Assembly (NCBI GenBank): GCA_005776585.1
Contig: SXOX01000044.1
Span: forward strand, 22,418 to 86,417
Direction of reading: 5' to 3'
Length of the DNA stretch: 64,000 nucleotides
Source: Pseudomonadota bacterium
GTDB lineage: Bacteria > Myxococcota_A > UBA9042 > GCA-2863065
The position numbers and the translations under genes were made by a program. Of the stretch, positions 63,701-64,000 are shown piece after piece (position 1 is the stretch's first letter; each line of letters opens with the position of its first letter). A model generated the notes under the pieces. It was not told the origin of the DNA and did not search any database. It saw nothing but the letters and a program-made list of their open reading frames with translations.

Positions 63701-64000
63701 CACAACCTCCGCAAAGGCCTTGCCGACGTTGCCGTTCCACGGCGCGGGGACGAGCCCCTTCGGCAGCGGGTCGACGAGCTTGAACTTGGCCGCGACGGCC
63801 GAGCCGTCGTTCTTGGTCGAGAAGCGGTAGAGCAGCTTGGCTCCCGTCTCGACCGGCAGGATCTTGGGCTTGCCGGCGCCATCCGTCGTCAGCCGCTTCG
63901 AGTCGAACGCGACGCCGCCCACGTTGGCCGACAGCACGTCCTCCTTCTCGGAGCCCACGAGCACGGGCGCAAACGAGTCGAAGCCCATCATCACGAACGC
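60710..64000 (-). CDS. 5'-truncated fusion: DUF11-like + Ca-binding/TSP3 repeats + internal MYXO-CTERM-like tag + second signal peptide + beta-barrel/TSP3/OmpA
   Basis: Frame open to the window edge; C-terminal VQGHTD, LSDRRA and NRRV; internal GG....C....P...WLALLLVALVVAALRRVRR-ALLPLLVVLSLLPALLPAQAQAQ. Confidence 0.88.
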   Translation of the reverse strand, partial: AFVMMGFDSFAPVLVGSEKEDVLSANVGGVAFDSKRLTTDGAGKPKILPVETGAKLLYRFSTKNDGSAVAAKFKLVDPLPKGLVPAPWNGNVGKAFAEVVLKGGAKGPSGLVDAVFDTTTHTVTISLEDLPVGATVDAYLFCEVLRTFAWAGPADQIANQARFETVSSTPVNTDDPNSVVPGDATVTAVTVVDGDKDGILDHLDNCPTVANPDQANLDAEDEKTKGLPVEGDACDSDIDGDDVPNDKDSCPKNKLYNLEKDKAECTDTDGDTVSDAKDNCKDVKNPDQKNHDNDVNGDECDPDDDNDGLEDEAEKKAGSNPFDTDSDNDGATDGQEVKGIEVTRKDGTKVRYTSDPTVCDTDKDGLPDGLEMGITTRFVVDDTPVDAKAEGCHFIADSDPTTTTNPKLADTDGGGVNDGNEERVHEKRVPNGKLDPDELNPLDPSDDVLVTGGSALIKCSPSSAPPGNVPWLALLLVALVVAALRRVRRALLPLLVVLSLLPALLPAQAQAQEANYNPFRWSTNSRGILLTDTGEIESPFEWYLGLGLNYADKAVVTRDPFTNEIIAGKEVVNRRLGADIFFAIGLASWFELATDLPLMIYQQGRNPVTGDDIPVFGLGDLTIIPKFKLAGSTRGAGYVTFLLPFTVPTGKATKGSFAQEPLMMARPTFAFSYGGPTVTWGLDIGAAIRMPTSDGPVVSSIAELQVSTGFKFAPIRDTSFILWDTYAATQFKDTADTNLETMLAYRHRFGKVYATLGGGLGILRGRGTPSWRAFLSVAYASERLDRDGDGIDDDSDKCIDDPEDKDDFEDTDGCPEPDNDKDGILDARDQCKNDPEDFDGFQDEDGCPEDDNDKDGIKDDKDKCKNDPEDFDKFEDEDGCPEPDNDRDGVLDVKDSCPNEPEDLDAFEDTDGCPEPDNDKDGLCDPWVEQRGEQKKYAEKCKGVDKCPLEPENKNGYNDDDGCPDVMFTCDEFKIADKVNFATGSHKILPNSFKLLDVVAETMKEHPEAVEIEVQGHTDIRGSRAMNTKLSDRRANSVKEFLVKKGVAPERLTSRGYGPDVPLEPGKVDKAYWDQNRRVQFKIQKMDATKSEKCRK

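Overview
High-GC (about 70% by eye) bacterial chromosomal window, most likely a Myxococcota member. This is inferred from MYXO-CTERM-like tails, TSP3/OmpA proteins, MopE-type Cys repeats and IgGFc-binding lipoproteins. It is dominated by cell-surface proteins: two OmpA/TSP3 outer-membrane proteins, a giant 29xIPT/TIG + FG-GAP + C-type lectin lipoprotein split by one in-frame TAG, a GH25 lysozyme with a MYXO-CTERM tail, an IgGFc-binding lipoprotein and an FG-GAP lipoprotein. Housekeeping genes (tRNA-Phe, thrC, moaC, hutI, RluA, SNF2 helicase, rRNA methyltransferase, malG-like permease) are interspersed with small accessory cargo (two VapBC-type TA pairs, an orphan nucleotidyltransferase, a GGDEF protein). 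The most notable observations are: (1) a bacterial protein collinear with eukaryotic GPI ethanolamine-phosphate transferases PIG-G/PIG-O, next to a polysaccharide deacetylase; (2) an apparent polyprotein with an internal MYXO-CTERM tag directly followed by a second signal peptide and a TraB-like OmpA barrel; (3) an amber codon whose read-through would complete a second 7-bladed propeller; (4) cargo genes flanked by diverged duplications of host gene junctions, with no integrase or transposase in the window; (5) a recurrent leaderless-promoter signature. All product calls come from motif recognition by eye; no searches were run.
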